A stretch of 64,000 bases of DNA from an uncultured Desulfobacter sp. (GTDB lineage Bacteria > Desulfobacterota > Desulfobacteria > Desulfobacterales > Desulfobacteraceae): NCBI GenBank assembly GCA_963665095.1, contig OY762069.1:2368001-2432000 (forward strand), written 5' to 3'. The position numbers were made by a program, and so were the translations under genes. Positions within the stretch are counted from its first letter, which is position 1, and the number at the start of each line of letters is the position of its first letter. The notes under the pieces are model-generated. The model was given only the letters and a program-made list of their open reading frames with translations. It ran no database searches and was not told the origin of the DNA. Of this stretch, positions 48,284-58,003 are shown piece by piece.

Positions 48284-50326
48284 ATGAATTGCAAAACTTT
48301 TTGTGTGATGATCGCAGCAGGTTTTTTGCTGCATATGGCCCCGGGTGCCCAGGCCGGGGATTCGCCCGCCAAAGATCCCGTGGCCCTGGAATCCATTACG
48401 GTAACCGCCAATAAAACAGAGGAAAGCGCCCAGGAAATCCCCATGAGCATCACTGTCATTGACGACATTGAGATCCAGGACCGCTCCATTGATACCACAG
48501 AACGGCTTTTCCAGCGCATGCCCAACATGCACATGACCAAGATGGGGCCTGTGGGGCTCTCCCAGAATATTGCCTCGGTCAGAGGGATCTCTTCGTTCAT
48601 GACCGGCGGGGATGTGTTCGGCTTTTTTGTGGATGATGTATTTTACCCGTCTGCCGACATCAACCTCATGGATGTTGAGCGCATTGAAGTGTTAAGGGGG
48701 CCCCAGGGCACCCTGTATGGGAAAAACACCGAGGCCGGTGTCATCAACATCATCACCAGAACCCCTGAAAATGACTGGGGCGGGGAGATATCCCTTTCCT
48801 ATGGAAACTATGACACCTTTGAAACCGTTCTGGCCGGCGGCGGAGCAATTGTCAAGGATAAGTTGTTCCTGCGCCTGGCCGGCCGATACCTGGGCTCTGA
48901 CGGTTATTTCACCAACACCGTGGACAACGATGACACCGTGGATGAAAAAAAGAATTATGACGGGCGGCTCTCCCTGCGGTACCTGCCGACCGAAAACCTC
49001 ACCGCAGACCTGAAAATCAACTGGCAGAAGTATGACGCCAACTATTCTGAGTTCACCACTTTTGACAAGGTCATGGACAACAACTTTGACATCAGCGTCA
49101 ATGATCCCGGCCATGCGGACAAGGATTTTTCCAATGCCTCGTTAAAGCTCGCCTGGGACATGGATACCATCCGACTGACCTCCATCACCACGGCCCTGGA
49201 CAGTGATGCGGTCTATGGAAATGATATGGATTTCACTTCATATGATTTCTACCGGTTTGAGGCAGGCATGGACAGATCGCTTTTCACCCAGGAACTGCGG
49301 TTAAATTCCCGGCCTGACAATGCCTTGAAATGGACGGCCGGGGCCTATTTCTTTTCAGGACAGGATGACCAGAGCATTGTGTATGACATGGTTCCTTATA
49401 ATGTGACGGCCCAGCTTTACGCCAACACCGACACCACGGGCATGGCTGTTTTCGGCCAGGTTGACTACACCTTGAATAAATGGGTTTTCACCGCCGGATT
49501 ACGGTATGAATACGAGGAAAAAACCTTTGATTATGAGTGGAAGGGCGGTGCCATGGTCGGTTATACCCCCTGTGCCGGTTCCACGGAAAAGGATTTTGAT
49601 GCCCTGTTGCCCAAGCTTGCCTTAACCTACCATGCCACGGATCACTTCAGACCCTATGCCAGCGTGACCAAAGGCTTTAAAAGCGGTGGGTTCAACTTAA
49701 GCACGGATCCCGGCGTGGCCTATGATGCGGAATACACCTGGAACTATGAGCTTGGGTTTAAAAGTGAACTTGCCAACAACCGGATTCAGTTCAATGCCGC
49801 CCTGTTTTATATTGACTGGAAGGATCTGCAGGTGGAGCAGCCCTCCTATCCCGACTACATCATAGAAAATGCGGCCCAGGCCACCAGCAAGGGCGTGGAG
49901 GTAGAGGTGATCCTTCGCCTTCTGGCAGGACTTGAGGTATACGGCAGCCTGGGATATGTGGATGCCACCTTTGATGAATATACCAATGACGGTGTTGACT
50001 ATTCAGGAAAGGATATTCCCAACGCCCCGTCCCATACTTACAGCCTGGGCGCAACCTACCGTTTCCCTGACCACTGGATGGTCAATGCCGAACTCAACGG
50101 TACCGGCACCATCTATTACGAGGCCGATAATGAAAAATCCCAGTCCAGCTACCGGATTGTAGATGTAAAGGCCGGATATGAAGCAGACCGGTTTGATATA
50201 TATGTATGGGCCAATAATCTGTTTGACCAGGCCTATGCCACCCGGGCCTTTGAGATGAGCGGGCAATGGTGGGCCAGGAACGGAAACCCTTTGACCTTTG
50301 GGTTAACCTTCAGGTACAGATTCTGA
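48284..50326 (+). CDS. TonB-dependent receptor (FyuA-like)
   Basis: ESITVTANK; ERIEVLRGPQGTLYGKN; GFKSGGFN; C-terminal RYRF. Confidence 0.93.
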   Translation: MNCKTFCVMIAAGFLLHMAPGAQAGDSPAKDPVALESITVTANKTEESAQEIPMSITVIDDIEIQDRSIDTTERLFQRMPNMHMTKMGPVGLSQNIASVRGISSFMTGGDVFGFFVDDVFYPSADINLMDVERIEVLRGPQGTLYGKNTEAGVINIITRTPENDWGGEISLSYGNYDTFETVLAGGGAIVKDKLFLRLAGRYLGSDGYFTNTVDNDDTVDEKKNYDGRLSLRYLPTENLTADLKINWQKYDANYSEFTTFDKVMDNNFDISVNDPGHADKDFSNASLKLAWDMDTIRLTSITTALDSDAVYGNDMDFTSYDFYRFEAGMDRSLFTQELRLNSRPDNALKWTAGAYFFSGQDDQSIVYDMVPYNVTAQLYANTDTTGMAVFGQVDYTLNKWVFTAGLRYEYEEKTFDYEWKGGAMVGYTPCAGSTEKDFDALLPKLALTYHATDHFRPYASVTKGFKSGGFNLSTDPGVAYDAEYTWNYELGFKSELANNRIQFNAALFYIDWKDLQVEQPSYPDYIIENAAQATSKGVEVEVILRLLAGLEVYGSLGYVDATFDEYTNDGVDYSGKDIPNAPSHTYSLGATYRFPDHWMVNAELNGTGTIYYEADNEKSQSSYRIVDVKAGYEADRFDIYVWANNLFDQAYATRAFEMSGQWWARNGNPLTFGLTFRYRF

Positions 50327-50344
50327 TTTTATGGTGGCATAGGA

Positions 50345-50713
50345 ATGGACAAAAAAATAAACGGGCTCAGTGTAAAAGATCTGGTGACCACCGGGATTTT
50401 TTCAGCCCTTTATATTGTCTTCATGTTCATGGGGGGCCTGTTTTTTGCCCCCAATCCGGTGCTGACCGCCCAGTCCGGACAGATCATCGGGCTTTTGTTT
50501 GACGAACCCACGTCCGGACTGGATCTCGGCATTATGATACAGGTCAGGGACCTGTTTTATAACCTGGCCGGCCAAAATAAACTGATTTTTGTGATTTCCC
50601 ATGATTATGAATTCATGGGCGCGGTCTGCTCCCGCATTATCCGTCTCCACCAGGGCAGGATAGCAAAGGATTTTCTTCCGGAAGAACAGGGCCGGTTGAG
50701 CGTGCCTGTTTAA
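50345..50713 (+). pseudogene. Deletion fusion of an MptD-like ECF S-component N-terminus and an ABC ATPase C-terminus
   Basis: LSVKDLVTTGIFSALY...APNPVLT joined in frame to LLFDEPTSGLD...VISHDYEF; no Walker A. Confidence 0.8.
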
Positions 50714-51647
50714 GGTAGGTGCCCGGGGTAGTGCCATAATGCTGCCGGAACTGGCGAATAAAGTGGGCTGTATCGTGAAAGCCCAAGGTGTACGCAGTTT
50801 CATCCACATTCATCTGCCCGGCTGAAAGAAGCCTAGCAGCCCTAACCATGCGATACTGCCGCAGGTAACCGAACACAGTGGTACCGTATACCTGGCGAAA
50901 TCCCCGTTTCAGTTTTGTATCATTGAGACCGGCTTTCCGGGCAAGGGTTTTCAGGGCAGGTGGCGCGTCTGCTTCCCGGATCAGGATATCCCTGGCATGG
51001 CAGATTTTTGCCCGGTCCTGGTCTGAAAGGGTATGGCCGGTGAGGCCGGACACTCCGGATTTTGCGGTTTCCCAGAGAAGGCGCAGTATCAGTTCCATGC
51101 TTTTGGCTTCAAGGTATCGGTTGTAAAAAGCACCCTGGTAGTCGCAATTGTAAATCTGGTCCAGGATCATGCGGGCGGCAGGACTGATATCCAGGGCCAG
51201 GTTGAAGGGGGCCTGATCCCTGTTTTCAAGGACGCGGCCAAGCCTTTGGGGCACCTGGCTGACATCTTCCTGCAACAGCCCGCGCAAGGTTTGGGGGGCA
51301 ATGTACAGGTTCAGCACCTTAAAGGTCTGCCGGGCGTTCATCCGGGTCAGGCACTGGCTTTCAGGGTTGAATGAGAGAACCGCTTTGCCGGGGCATACAT
51401 CAACCTGCTCTTTTTTTGAGGGGGAGCGTGTCATGGTGCCGGTGCCGCACCCTGCCAAATGAAAGGCAAAGGCCAGGGGAGCCTGATCAATATTAAATAC
51501 ATTTTGAGCCGCAGTTTCAGACCGGATATCCACAAACAACATCTCTATACCCGAAGGCAGGGAAACGTGTTTAAGGCCCCGGGGGTCCAGGCGGCCAAAG
51601 GCCTTTAAAAAACTCCATGACGTATTCAATGCAACTGCTGACATCAT
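50637..51647 (-). CDS. AraC family regulator (PchR/YbtA-like)
   Basis: YLEAKSMEL, KLKRGFRQVYGTTVFGYL and LGFHDTAHF motifs; GAGGAG RBS before 51647. 3' end overlaps the convergent fusion ORF. Confidence 0.88.
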   Translation of the reverse strand: MMSAVALNTSWSFLKAFGRLDPRGLKHVSLPSGIEMLFVDIRSETAAQNVFNIDQAPLAFAFHLAGCGTGTMTRSPSKKEQVDVCPGKAVLSFNPESQCLTRMNARQTFKVLNLYIAPQTLRGLLQEDVSQVPQRLGRVLENRDQAPFNLALDISPAARMILDQIYNCDYQGAFYNRYLEAKSMELILRLLWETAKSGVSGLTGHTLSDQDRAKICHARDILIREADAPPALKTLARKAGLNDTKLKRGFRQVYGTTVFGYLRQYRMVRAARLLSAGQMNVDETAYTLGFHDTAHFIRQFRQHYGTTPGTYLKQARSTGPVLPEENPLLSCPGGDG

Positions 51648-51683
51648 CACTCTCCTCAATGTGGGACAGAGATAGCTCATCAT

Positions 51684-51699
51684 ATTAGCTTTGTCAAAC
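51684..51699. promoter_or_regulatory. Degenerate GTTAG-N6-CTAAC-like site upstream of AraC gene
   Basis: ATTAGCTTTGTCAAAC. Confidence 0.35.
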
Positions 51700-51844
51700 A
51701 TTAGTTTTGAATTATTACAAAGATCAGGTATTCAAAATGTGCTCTCCAGATACCAATAAGATTCCTTTATTTACAATGACCAAAGGTCAATCCGGTTTAA
51801 TATGGCTTTGTAAACAGAAATTGTATTTTAAATAAGGAGGAAAC

Positions 51845-52471
51845 ATGATTTCCCAACTCAGACAAATTCGGCAACAATTTATCCAAAAAACCGCCAAACA
51901 GCCTGAAGGTGGCTGGGCCATAAAGCAATACAACGACCCCAAAGCCCATTACCGCTCATTCAGGATGGTCATGGACACATTGCGTCTTTCACAAGAGGAT
52001 GTGTATTGCGAAATCGGTTGCGGTGGCGGCGTTCTTTTAAAAATGGCCATGGAAAAGGCAGGCAGTGGTGCCGCACTGGACCACAGCCGGGATATGGTCA
52101 GCCTTTCCATTGAAAACAACCGGGACGCTGTGGATAGCAACCGGCTTGAGATTCTCCAGGGAAATGCCGAAGCGCTGCCCTGGCCGTCCCGGCGATTCAC
52201 TGCCTGTGCCTGTGCCAACATGTTTTTCTTTGTTGAACACCCCAATGCCGCTTTAGCTGAAATATTCAGAGTCCTTGCACCCGGCGGCCGGTTCTCCATG
52301 GTCACCGCCGGACAAAGCTTTTTAACCCGGATCACCATGGGATGGCTATATGGCCTGAACACCTATCCGGATGCCGCCATGTCCACCATGATGAAAAAAG
52401 CGGGCTTTTCAAACATCCGGGTAAAAACGGAAAGGACCGGCTTAACCCAGGTCTGCTATGGAAGGAAGTGA
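51845..52471 (+). CDS. Class I SAM-dependent methyltransferase
   Basis: EIGCGGG, GNAEALPW and EIFRVLAPGGRF motifs; AGGAGG RBS. Confidence 0.9.
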   Translation: MISQLRQIRQQFIQKTAKQPEGGWAIKQYNDPKAHYRSFRMVMDTLRLSQEDVYCEIGCGGGVLLKMAMEKAGSGAALDHSRDMVSLSIENNRDAVDSNRLEILQGNAEALPWPSRRFTACACANMFFFVEHPNAALAEIFRVLAPGGRFSMVTAGQSFLTRITMGWLYGLNTYPDAAMSTMMKKAGFSNIRVKTERTGLTQVCYGRK

Positions 52472-52509
52472 ACCAGACGGCGGCTTTTGCCCCGGACAGG
52501 CAGAAGGCA

Positions 52510-52823
52510 AAGGAGATCAGGGAAGAGGAGGTTGGCGGCGGTGCGGGGTCCTGGAAAATCACCAATGCAGTCAGTGCCCACACCAAAGGCGTGGAGCTCG
52601 AGGTCCTATCCCTTCCCACCCGGCATCTGGAACTGTTCGCAGGCCTTGGATATACCCGGGCTGAAATTGACGACGGACAGGCACGTTGAACGGTGCCGCC
52701 AAGGATTGCAGCGGCTGTATCCTGCCCTGGGCCCCGGATCTCACCGCAAACGCAGGCATCTCCTATACCAGTGACAGCGGCTGGTATGCCACGGTCCACC
52801 TGTTTCTGGCCGGAAAGCAGTAT
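52510..52823 (+). pseudogene. Frameshifted internal remnant of a TonB-dependent receptor
   Basis: KITNAVSAHTKGVELEV...FAGLGYTRAEIDD, then a 1-nt loss near 52674 (GAC[T]GG), continuing TGTLNGAAKDCSGCILPWAPDLTANAGISYTSDSGWY...GKQY. Aligns with the intact receptors. Confidence 0.8.
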
Positions 52824-52949
52824 ACTCAACCTCCTCTGATCCAACCAAATTGAGTTTTGAATATCAAACATATTCAAAAAATATGAAATTTTATTGACTT
52901 CACTAATATAATTTTATATTTGAAATCTTTGCGGTGTTACGGCGTAAAA

Positions 52950-53636
52950 ATGGAGGCAGGCTTGAAAAAAGGACCAGACCGGGATGTGTTTAACGGAGAG
53001 ATGTCCGGCCATTATCGTGAAATGCTCGAGTGTGGTGTGTCAAGACAGATTGCGCCTGAGTCCTTTCTGTTCCATGAGGGGTCGGATGCCGACACCTGTT
53101 ACCTGGTGACCCGGGGACTGCTTAAACTGTCAAAACTCGATGACCGCGGCAGAGAGGTCATTATCCGCTACGTCTCCCCCGGTGAGATGACTGCGACCCC
53201 GGTGGTGCTCAAGGGCGGCGTTTACCCGGTAACCGCCAGGGCCATGGAGCCTGCACAGGTCATTGCCTGGGACAGGGCCGGATTTTTGAACCTTACCCGG
53301 AAATATCCTGAAATGGTTCTGGATCTTGTTTTTATGGTTTTCGACCGCCAGGCCCAGATGCTGGAACGATTTCTTGCCCGAAGTTCCGAGCAGACGCCCC
53401 AGCGCATTGCAAGGCTGATGATCACGCTGATGGCCGACGCCGGACGGGAAAGCGAGGCCGGCATACACATAGGGATTCCTTTAAGCCGCCAGAACATTGC
53501 CGACTATATCGGTGCTTCCATGTACACGGTCAGCCGCATTATCAGCTCCTGGGAAAAATCCGGGTGGGTGACATCCTCGCGAAAGCGCATTACCGTCAAT
53601 GATCCCCAGGCACTGGCAGCCCTTGTCAACGGTTGA
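52950..53636 (+). CDS. Crp/Fnr family transcriptional regulator (NnrR/HcpR/Dnr-like)
   Basis: LFHEG, YPVTARA and QRIAR motifs; HTH LSRQNIADYIGASMYTVSR. Confidence 0.9.
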   Translation: MEAGLKKGPDRDVFNGEMSGHYREMLECGVSRQIAPESFLFHEGSDADTCYLVTRGLLKLSKLDDRGREVIIRYVSPGEMTATPVVLKGGVYPVTARAMEPAQVIAWDRAGFLNLTRKYPEMVLDLVFMVFDRQAQMLERFLARSSEQTPQRIARLMITLMADAGRESEAGIHIGIPLSRQNIADYIGASMYTVSRIISSWEKSGWVTSSRKRITVNDPQALAALVNG

Positions 53637-53834
53637 TATACGGTGAAAAATAATCCGCCCGTGTATTTTCCCTTCTTTTCCTGACCTACCCCTGACTGTT
53701 GGGACCATATCGCCAAAGGCACCATCTTTCTTCTTCCGGCAATTTTTTTTGCCCCTTCAGTACAAGTCTTTTTCATTTCTATTATTTTGTCATAGCTAAT
53801 TTTTTTTAAAGTTTTAAAAAAAATTTGTCAAAAC

Positions 53835-53875
53835 TTGCTCCAGCGCAAAGACAGCCTTAAAAAGCCGGATATAAT
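53835..53875 (+). promoter_or_regulatory. Candidate class II Crp/Fnr-type activated promoter
   Basis: TTGC-N6-GCAA at 53835-53848 and perfect TATAAT at 53870-53875, placing the site centre near -41. Confidence 0.65.
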
Positions 53876-53920
53876 ACAACCTCAATGTCACCAATGAAAA
53901 GAAAAAAAGAGAGGCGCACC

Positions 53921-56900
53921 ATGATGTTAGGCCCGGCTTTAGGCATTGATGCGGGCACGTCCGCCATAAAACTGGTTGTCACAGATTCAGGCAACAGCCT
54001 TTCATACTCTGTTTACCGGCCACATGGCGGGACGCCGGGGGCCTGCCTGAAGGCCATGCTGTCAAAGGCGGCCGCCCGCTTCCCCACGGCCCGGATCGCC
54101 ATGACAGGTTCTTTGGCCCACAGCATTGCAGGGGCCTTGACAGGCGGAAAAAACAGCCTTCCCCTGTTCCTTGCGGATACGATTCCCGCCGCGGTAAACG
54201 GGTGCCGGGCCATGGCGCCCGAAGCAGGGTGCATCATGGAGATCGGGGCGGCCAGGGCCGTTTTTATCACCGGAATTTCAAATGATAATCCGGCCCAGGT
54301 AAAATTTTTTTTCAACTCCAGCTGTTCTGCCGGGACCGGATCTTTCCTGGAAGAGCAGGCAAGGCGGTTGAATATCCCTTTGGAATCGTTGTCTGAACAG
54401 ACCCGGAAAGCCACCCGGATACTTCCCATTGCCGGCCGATGCTCGGTGTTTTCCAAAACCGACATGATCCATTTTCAGCAGGACGGGGCCGGGACACCGG
54501 ACATTCTTCTGGGGCTGATCCATGCCATGGTGCGCAACTACAGGGCCAATGTGGTTAAGCGCAACCCCATTGCCGGGCCCGTATTCTTAGCCGGCCGGGT
54601 CATGGAGGTCCACGGCATCATTGACGCCCTGTCAAAAACATTTGGATTAGACTCCCAGGCATTTATTTTCTGCAGGGACCATTCATACGCCAATGCCTTT
54701 GGCGCAGCCCTGGCAATGCCCCCGGACACCCCGCCAATGAAAATTCCACAATTATGCCGCCTTCTTGACACAGGGTCCCGGACACCGGCCGCCGTTCTTA
54801 CGGCAGCCCCCCTGGCCCCTTTCGGAACCAATGATTCCCAAGGAAGGCACCCGTGTAAAAAAAACGGCTCCCCCGTGTCAGGCTACCTTGGGGTGGATGT
54901 GGGCTCCACATCCACCAACCTTGTGCTGATCAGCCCGGAAAAGGAAGTGTTACGCCTTTTATACCTTCGAACCCGGGGAACACCCCTGGATACTGTCAAG
55001 TCGGGCCTGGATCAAATCAGGCGGGAACTGGGACCGAATTTTTCCATCCTTGCTGCGGGCGTGACCGGGTCCGGCCGCAGCCTTGCAGGCAGATTTCTTA
55101 AAGCAGACCTGGTGGTCAACGAAATCACGGCCCAGGCCGAAGGCGCCCTGTTCCGGCACCCCGAGGCCGACACCATCCTTGAAATCGGGGGCCAGGATTC
55201 CAAGTTCATCCGCCTTGAAAACCAGGTGGTCACCCATTTTGAAATGAACCGCATCTGTGCGGCCGGGACCGGTTCTTTCCTGGAAGAGCAGGCCGCAAAA
55301 ATCGGCGTGGATATCCGGAATTTCGGTCCTCTGGCCCTCACGGCCCAAACGCCTCTGGACCTTGGGGAACGCTGCACGGTATTTATCGAGGGGGCCTTGT
55401 CAAACGCCCTGGGACGCCGGGAGGACAAGGCCGACATTGTTGCAGGCCTTGCCTACAGCATTGTACGCAACTACCTGACCCGGGTGGTGGCGGACCATCC
55501 CCTGGGGAACCATATTTTCCTGCAGGGCGGGATTGCATATAACCAGGGTGTGGTCAATGCCTTTCGCTCCCTTTTGGGGCGCCCGGTGACCGTCACCCCC
55601 TATTTTAGCGTGACCGGCGCCCTTGGGGCGGCCCTTCTGACCCGGTCCGGACATGTTTCAGGAAAAAGCCGCGCACCGGAAAAGGGTCTTTCACAACCGG
55701 CCGGTCCAAACACGAAAGACCGCCCAAAGGTTCCCGATATCTGGGCGGAATCCAGAGAATTGTTCATAAAAGACTACCAGCCCCACCGTTTTCCGGGGCG
55801 GCCAACCATCGGGATTCCAAGGGTGTTGTTTTTGCACAAGCTGTTTGTTCTGTTCAACCTGTTTTTTACCCGGCTTGGGTTCAATGTTCTCATCTCAGAG
55901 CCCACCACCCGGGAGATGGTTGACAAAAGCCGGGAGACCGCAATGGAGGAGACCTGCTACCCGGTCAAACTGGTCAACGGCCATGTTCAGGATCTGCTGG
56001 AAAAAGGGGTGGACTATATTTTCCTGCCCCGGATATTTACCATGAAGCACTCCGACTCCTGGTCGAGAAAAGATTATGGCTGCCTCTATTTTCAGACAGC
56101 GGCCCAGCTTGCCGGTTACGCCCTTGACCTGGAGGCCCGGGGCGTTTCGTTGCTCACCCCGGCCATTTCATTCAAGCTTGGGCCCCGGTATGTTGCAAAA
56201 ACCATTATTGATCTGGGCAAGGAGCTGGGGCAGTCCCGGCTGGCTACGATTTTGGCCATGCAAAAGGCTGCCCTGGGGTTTATGGGCTATAACCGTGCTC
56301 TGCACCGCTTGGGAAAACAATATCTCAAGGCCCTGCCAGCGGGTGAACCGGTGTTTGTCATCATTACCCGGCCATACGGCATCAACGATCCAGTACTCAA
56401 TATGTCAGTGCCTGAACACCTGTCATCCATGGGATACCACACCATGCCCCTTTTTGTGCTTGAGCCCGAGACCAATGGGCTTGACCAGGATTATCCCAAC
56501 ATGTACTGGCCCTTTGGCCAGCATATCCTGGCCGGCGCCAGGAAAATACGGCAGACCCCCAACCTTTTTGCCGTTTACCTGACCAATCACGGCTGCGGGC
56601 CGGATACGGCGCTGCTCCATCTTTTCCGAAAGGAGATGGCAGGCAAACCCTTTCTCCATCTTGAGGTGGACGAGCATGCATCCCGGGTGGGCGTAATCAC
56701 ACGGCTTGAGGCCTTTGTCCTAAGCTTTGACAAAAAAAAGGTGGCTGAAACCCAAGCCCTGCCGCCGGCAGGACTGCTGTGTGAGCCTGACAAAAAGGTG
56801 CCGCTGTATATTCCACACCTTTTTCCCTATGCCGACCTGGCCTGTGCCGTGTTATCGGAAAAAGGGTTTGCCGCCCGGGTCCTGCCGCCTTTGGATGCAG

Positions 56901-57874
56901 ACAGCCTTGCCCATGGCCGCAGCCTGGGCGTGGCCAAGGAGTACCTGTCCTTTATCAGCCTCATGGGCAATGCGAAAAAACAGGCGATAAAGGGCAATGG
57001 AAGGCCCCAGACCCTTGTGATCCCCCAGACCGAAGGGGCTGAAGTGGAAGGCCTTTACGCCCGGGCAATCTCATCCCTGCTCTCTGAAGAGTTTCCCGAA
57101 ACCCGGATCTTTTCACCCTTTCTGGAAGATATTGTCACTGCTTCGGATTTTTTTGACCGGTTTTTCCTGCCATTGATGGCCGCCGACATCATCCGCTCCG
57201 GACCGGTCCGAAACCTGGAAAAAAACCTGGGCCATGTTCTGACGTCTGTCAGTGTCCTGACCGAAGATGCCGTTATTGATCTGGCCGCTGAAACAGCCGG
57301 TCAAACGGCTGATCCAGGAAAGACAGAAGCGCTGACGCTGCTGGTCACAGGGGAACCGGCGGTGGTGTTCTCGGAGTTTAACCATCAGTTTCTCCTGGAA
57401 GCGGTGCACGCCAGAATCCTGTGGCAGCCTTTATCCGAAGTGCTTTACCTGTTGTGGGAAGACTGGAACCACCGCCGCCGGGATCCCGTGGTGATCAAGC
57501 ACCTGGCCTGGTGCCGGAAACTCATGGTCCGGGTGGCCGGGGTCCTGGGCCCCTGCAGCGCCTTTGAACCCGACCCCGGGCTTTTAAAACCTGCCGCAGA
57601 CAGCATCCTGGAAATGTTTACCGGGGGCAACGGCCGCTACCGCATGGCCAAACGATTCACCCGGACAGCTCCCAACGGCATTGTTGAAATGGGGTCAGCC
57701 TATGAAAACACAGGGATTATCACCCGGCAGCTGGCCGAAACCAGACCGGCCGGGATTCCGGTTCTAAGCCTGGTCTTTGACGGCAGTGCCCACAACAAAA
57801 ATGCCGAGCTTCTGCGAAATTTCATCTATTACCTGTCCGGGGCTCACAGGCAGGCCGCCAAAACAAACGACTAA
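53921..57874 (+). CDS. Acyl-CoA dehydratase activase-like fusion (2x BadF/BadG/BcrA/BcrD ASKHA ATPase + DUF2229)
   Basis: GIDAGTS...CSAGTGSFL...GRCSVF; GVDVGSTST...EIGGQDSK...CAAGTGSFL...ERCTVF; ETCYPVK; HGCGPD. Confidence 0.88.
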   Translation: MMLGPALGIDAGTSAIKLVVTDSGNSLSYSVYRPHGGTPGACLKAMLSKAAARFPTARIAMTGSLAHSIAGALTGGKNSLPLFLADTIPAAVNGCRAMAPEAGCIMEIGAARAVFITGISNDNPAQVKFFFNSSCSAGTGSFLEEQARRLNIPLESLSEQTRKATRILPIAGRCSVFSKTDMIHFQQDGAGTPDILLGLIHAMVRNYRANVVKRNPIAGPVFLAGRVMEVHGIIDALSKTFGLDSQAFIFCRDHSYANAFGAALAMPPDTPPMKIPQLCRLLDTGSRTPAAVLTAAPLAPFGTNDSQGRHPCKKNGSPVSGYLGVDVGSTSTNLVLISPEKEVLRLLYLRTRGTPLDTVKSGLDQIRRELGPNFSILAAGVTGSGRSLAGRFLKADLVVNEITAQAEGALFRHPEADTILEIGGQDSKFIRLENQVVTHFEMNRICAAGTGSFLEEQAAKIGVDIRNFGPLALTAQTPLDLGERCTVFIEGALSNALGRREDKADIVAGLAYSIVRNYLTRVVADHPLGNHIFLQGGIAYNQGVVNAFRSLLGRPVTVTPYFSVTGALGAALLTRSGHVSGKSRAPEKGLSQPAGPNTKDRPKVPDIWAESRELFIKDYQPHRFPGRPTIGIPRVLFLHKLFVLFNLFFTRLGFNVLISEPTTREMVDKSRETAMEETCYPVKLVNGHVQDLLEKGVDYIFLPRIFTMKHSDSWSRKDYGCLYFQTAAQLAGYALDLEARGVSLLTPAISFKLGPRYVAKTIIDLGKELGQSRLATILAMQKAALGFMGYNRALHRLGKQYLKALPAGEPVFVIITRPYGINDPVLNMSVPEHLSSMGYHTMPLFVLEPETNGLDQDYPNMYWPFGQHILAGARKIRQTPNLFAVYLTNHGCGPDTALLHLFRKEMAGKPFLHLEVDEHASRVGVITRLEAFVLSFDKKKVAETQALPPAGLLCEPDKKVPLYIPHLFPYADLACAVLSEKGFAARVLPPLDADSLAHGRSLGVAKEYLSFISLMGNAKKQAIKGNGRPQTLVIPQTEGAEVEGLYARAISSLLSEEFPETRIFSPFLEDIVTASDFFDRFFLPLMAADIIRSGPVRNLEKNLGHVLTSVSVLTEDAVIDLAAETAGQTADPGKTEALTLLVTGEPAVVFSEFNHQFLLEAVHARILWQPLSEVLYLLWEDWNHRRRDPVVIKHLAWCRKLMVRVAGVLGPCSAFEPDPGLLKPAADSILEMFTGGNGRYRMAKRFTRTAPNGIVEMGSAYENTGIITRQLAETRPAGIPVLSLVFDGSAHNKNAELLRNFIYYLSGAHRQAAKTND

Positions 57875-58003
57875 TTTTAATAATTCTTGACTTATTTTTT
57901 AAGGAATGATTAATAAATTGACTTTCAAGCAACAAAGTATTTTTCGATCTCTAATCCAGGGACCGTTTAACCGGTGCCCGCAAAGGAATACAGGTGGTGT
58001 TTC

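Noticed and set aside
33483..52900. Integrative element or prophage
   Set aside because: No integrase, transposase, tRNA, att repeats or phage genes found; described only as an accessory region.
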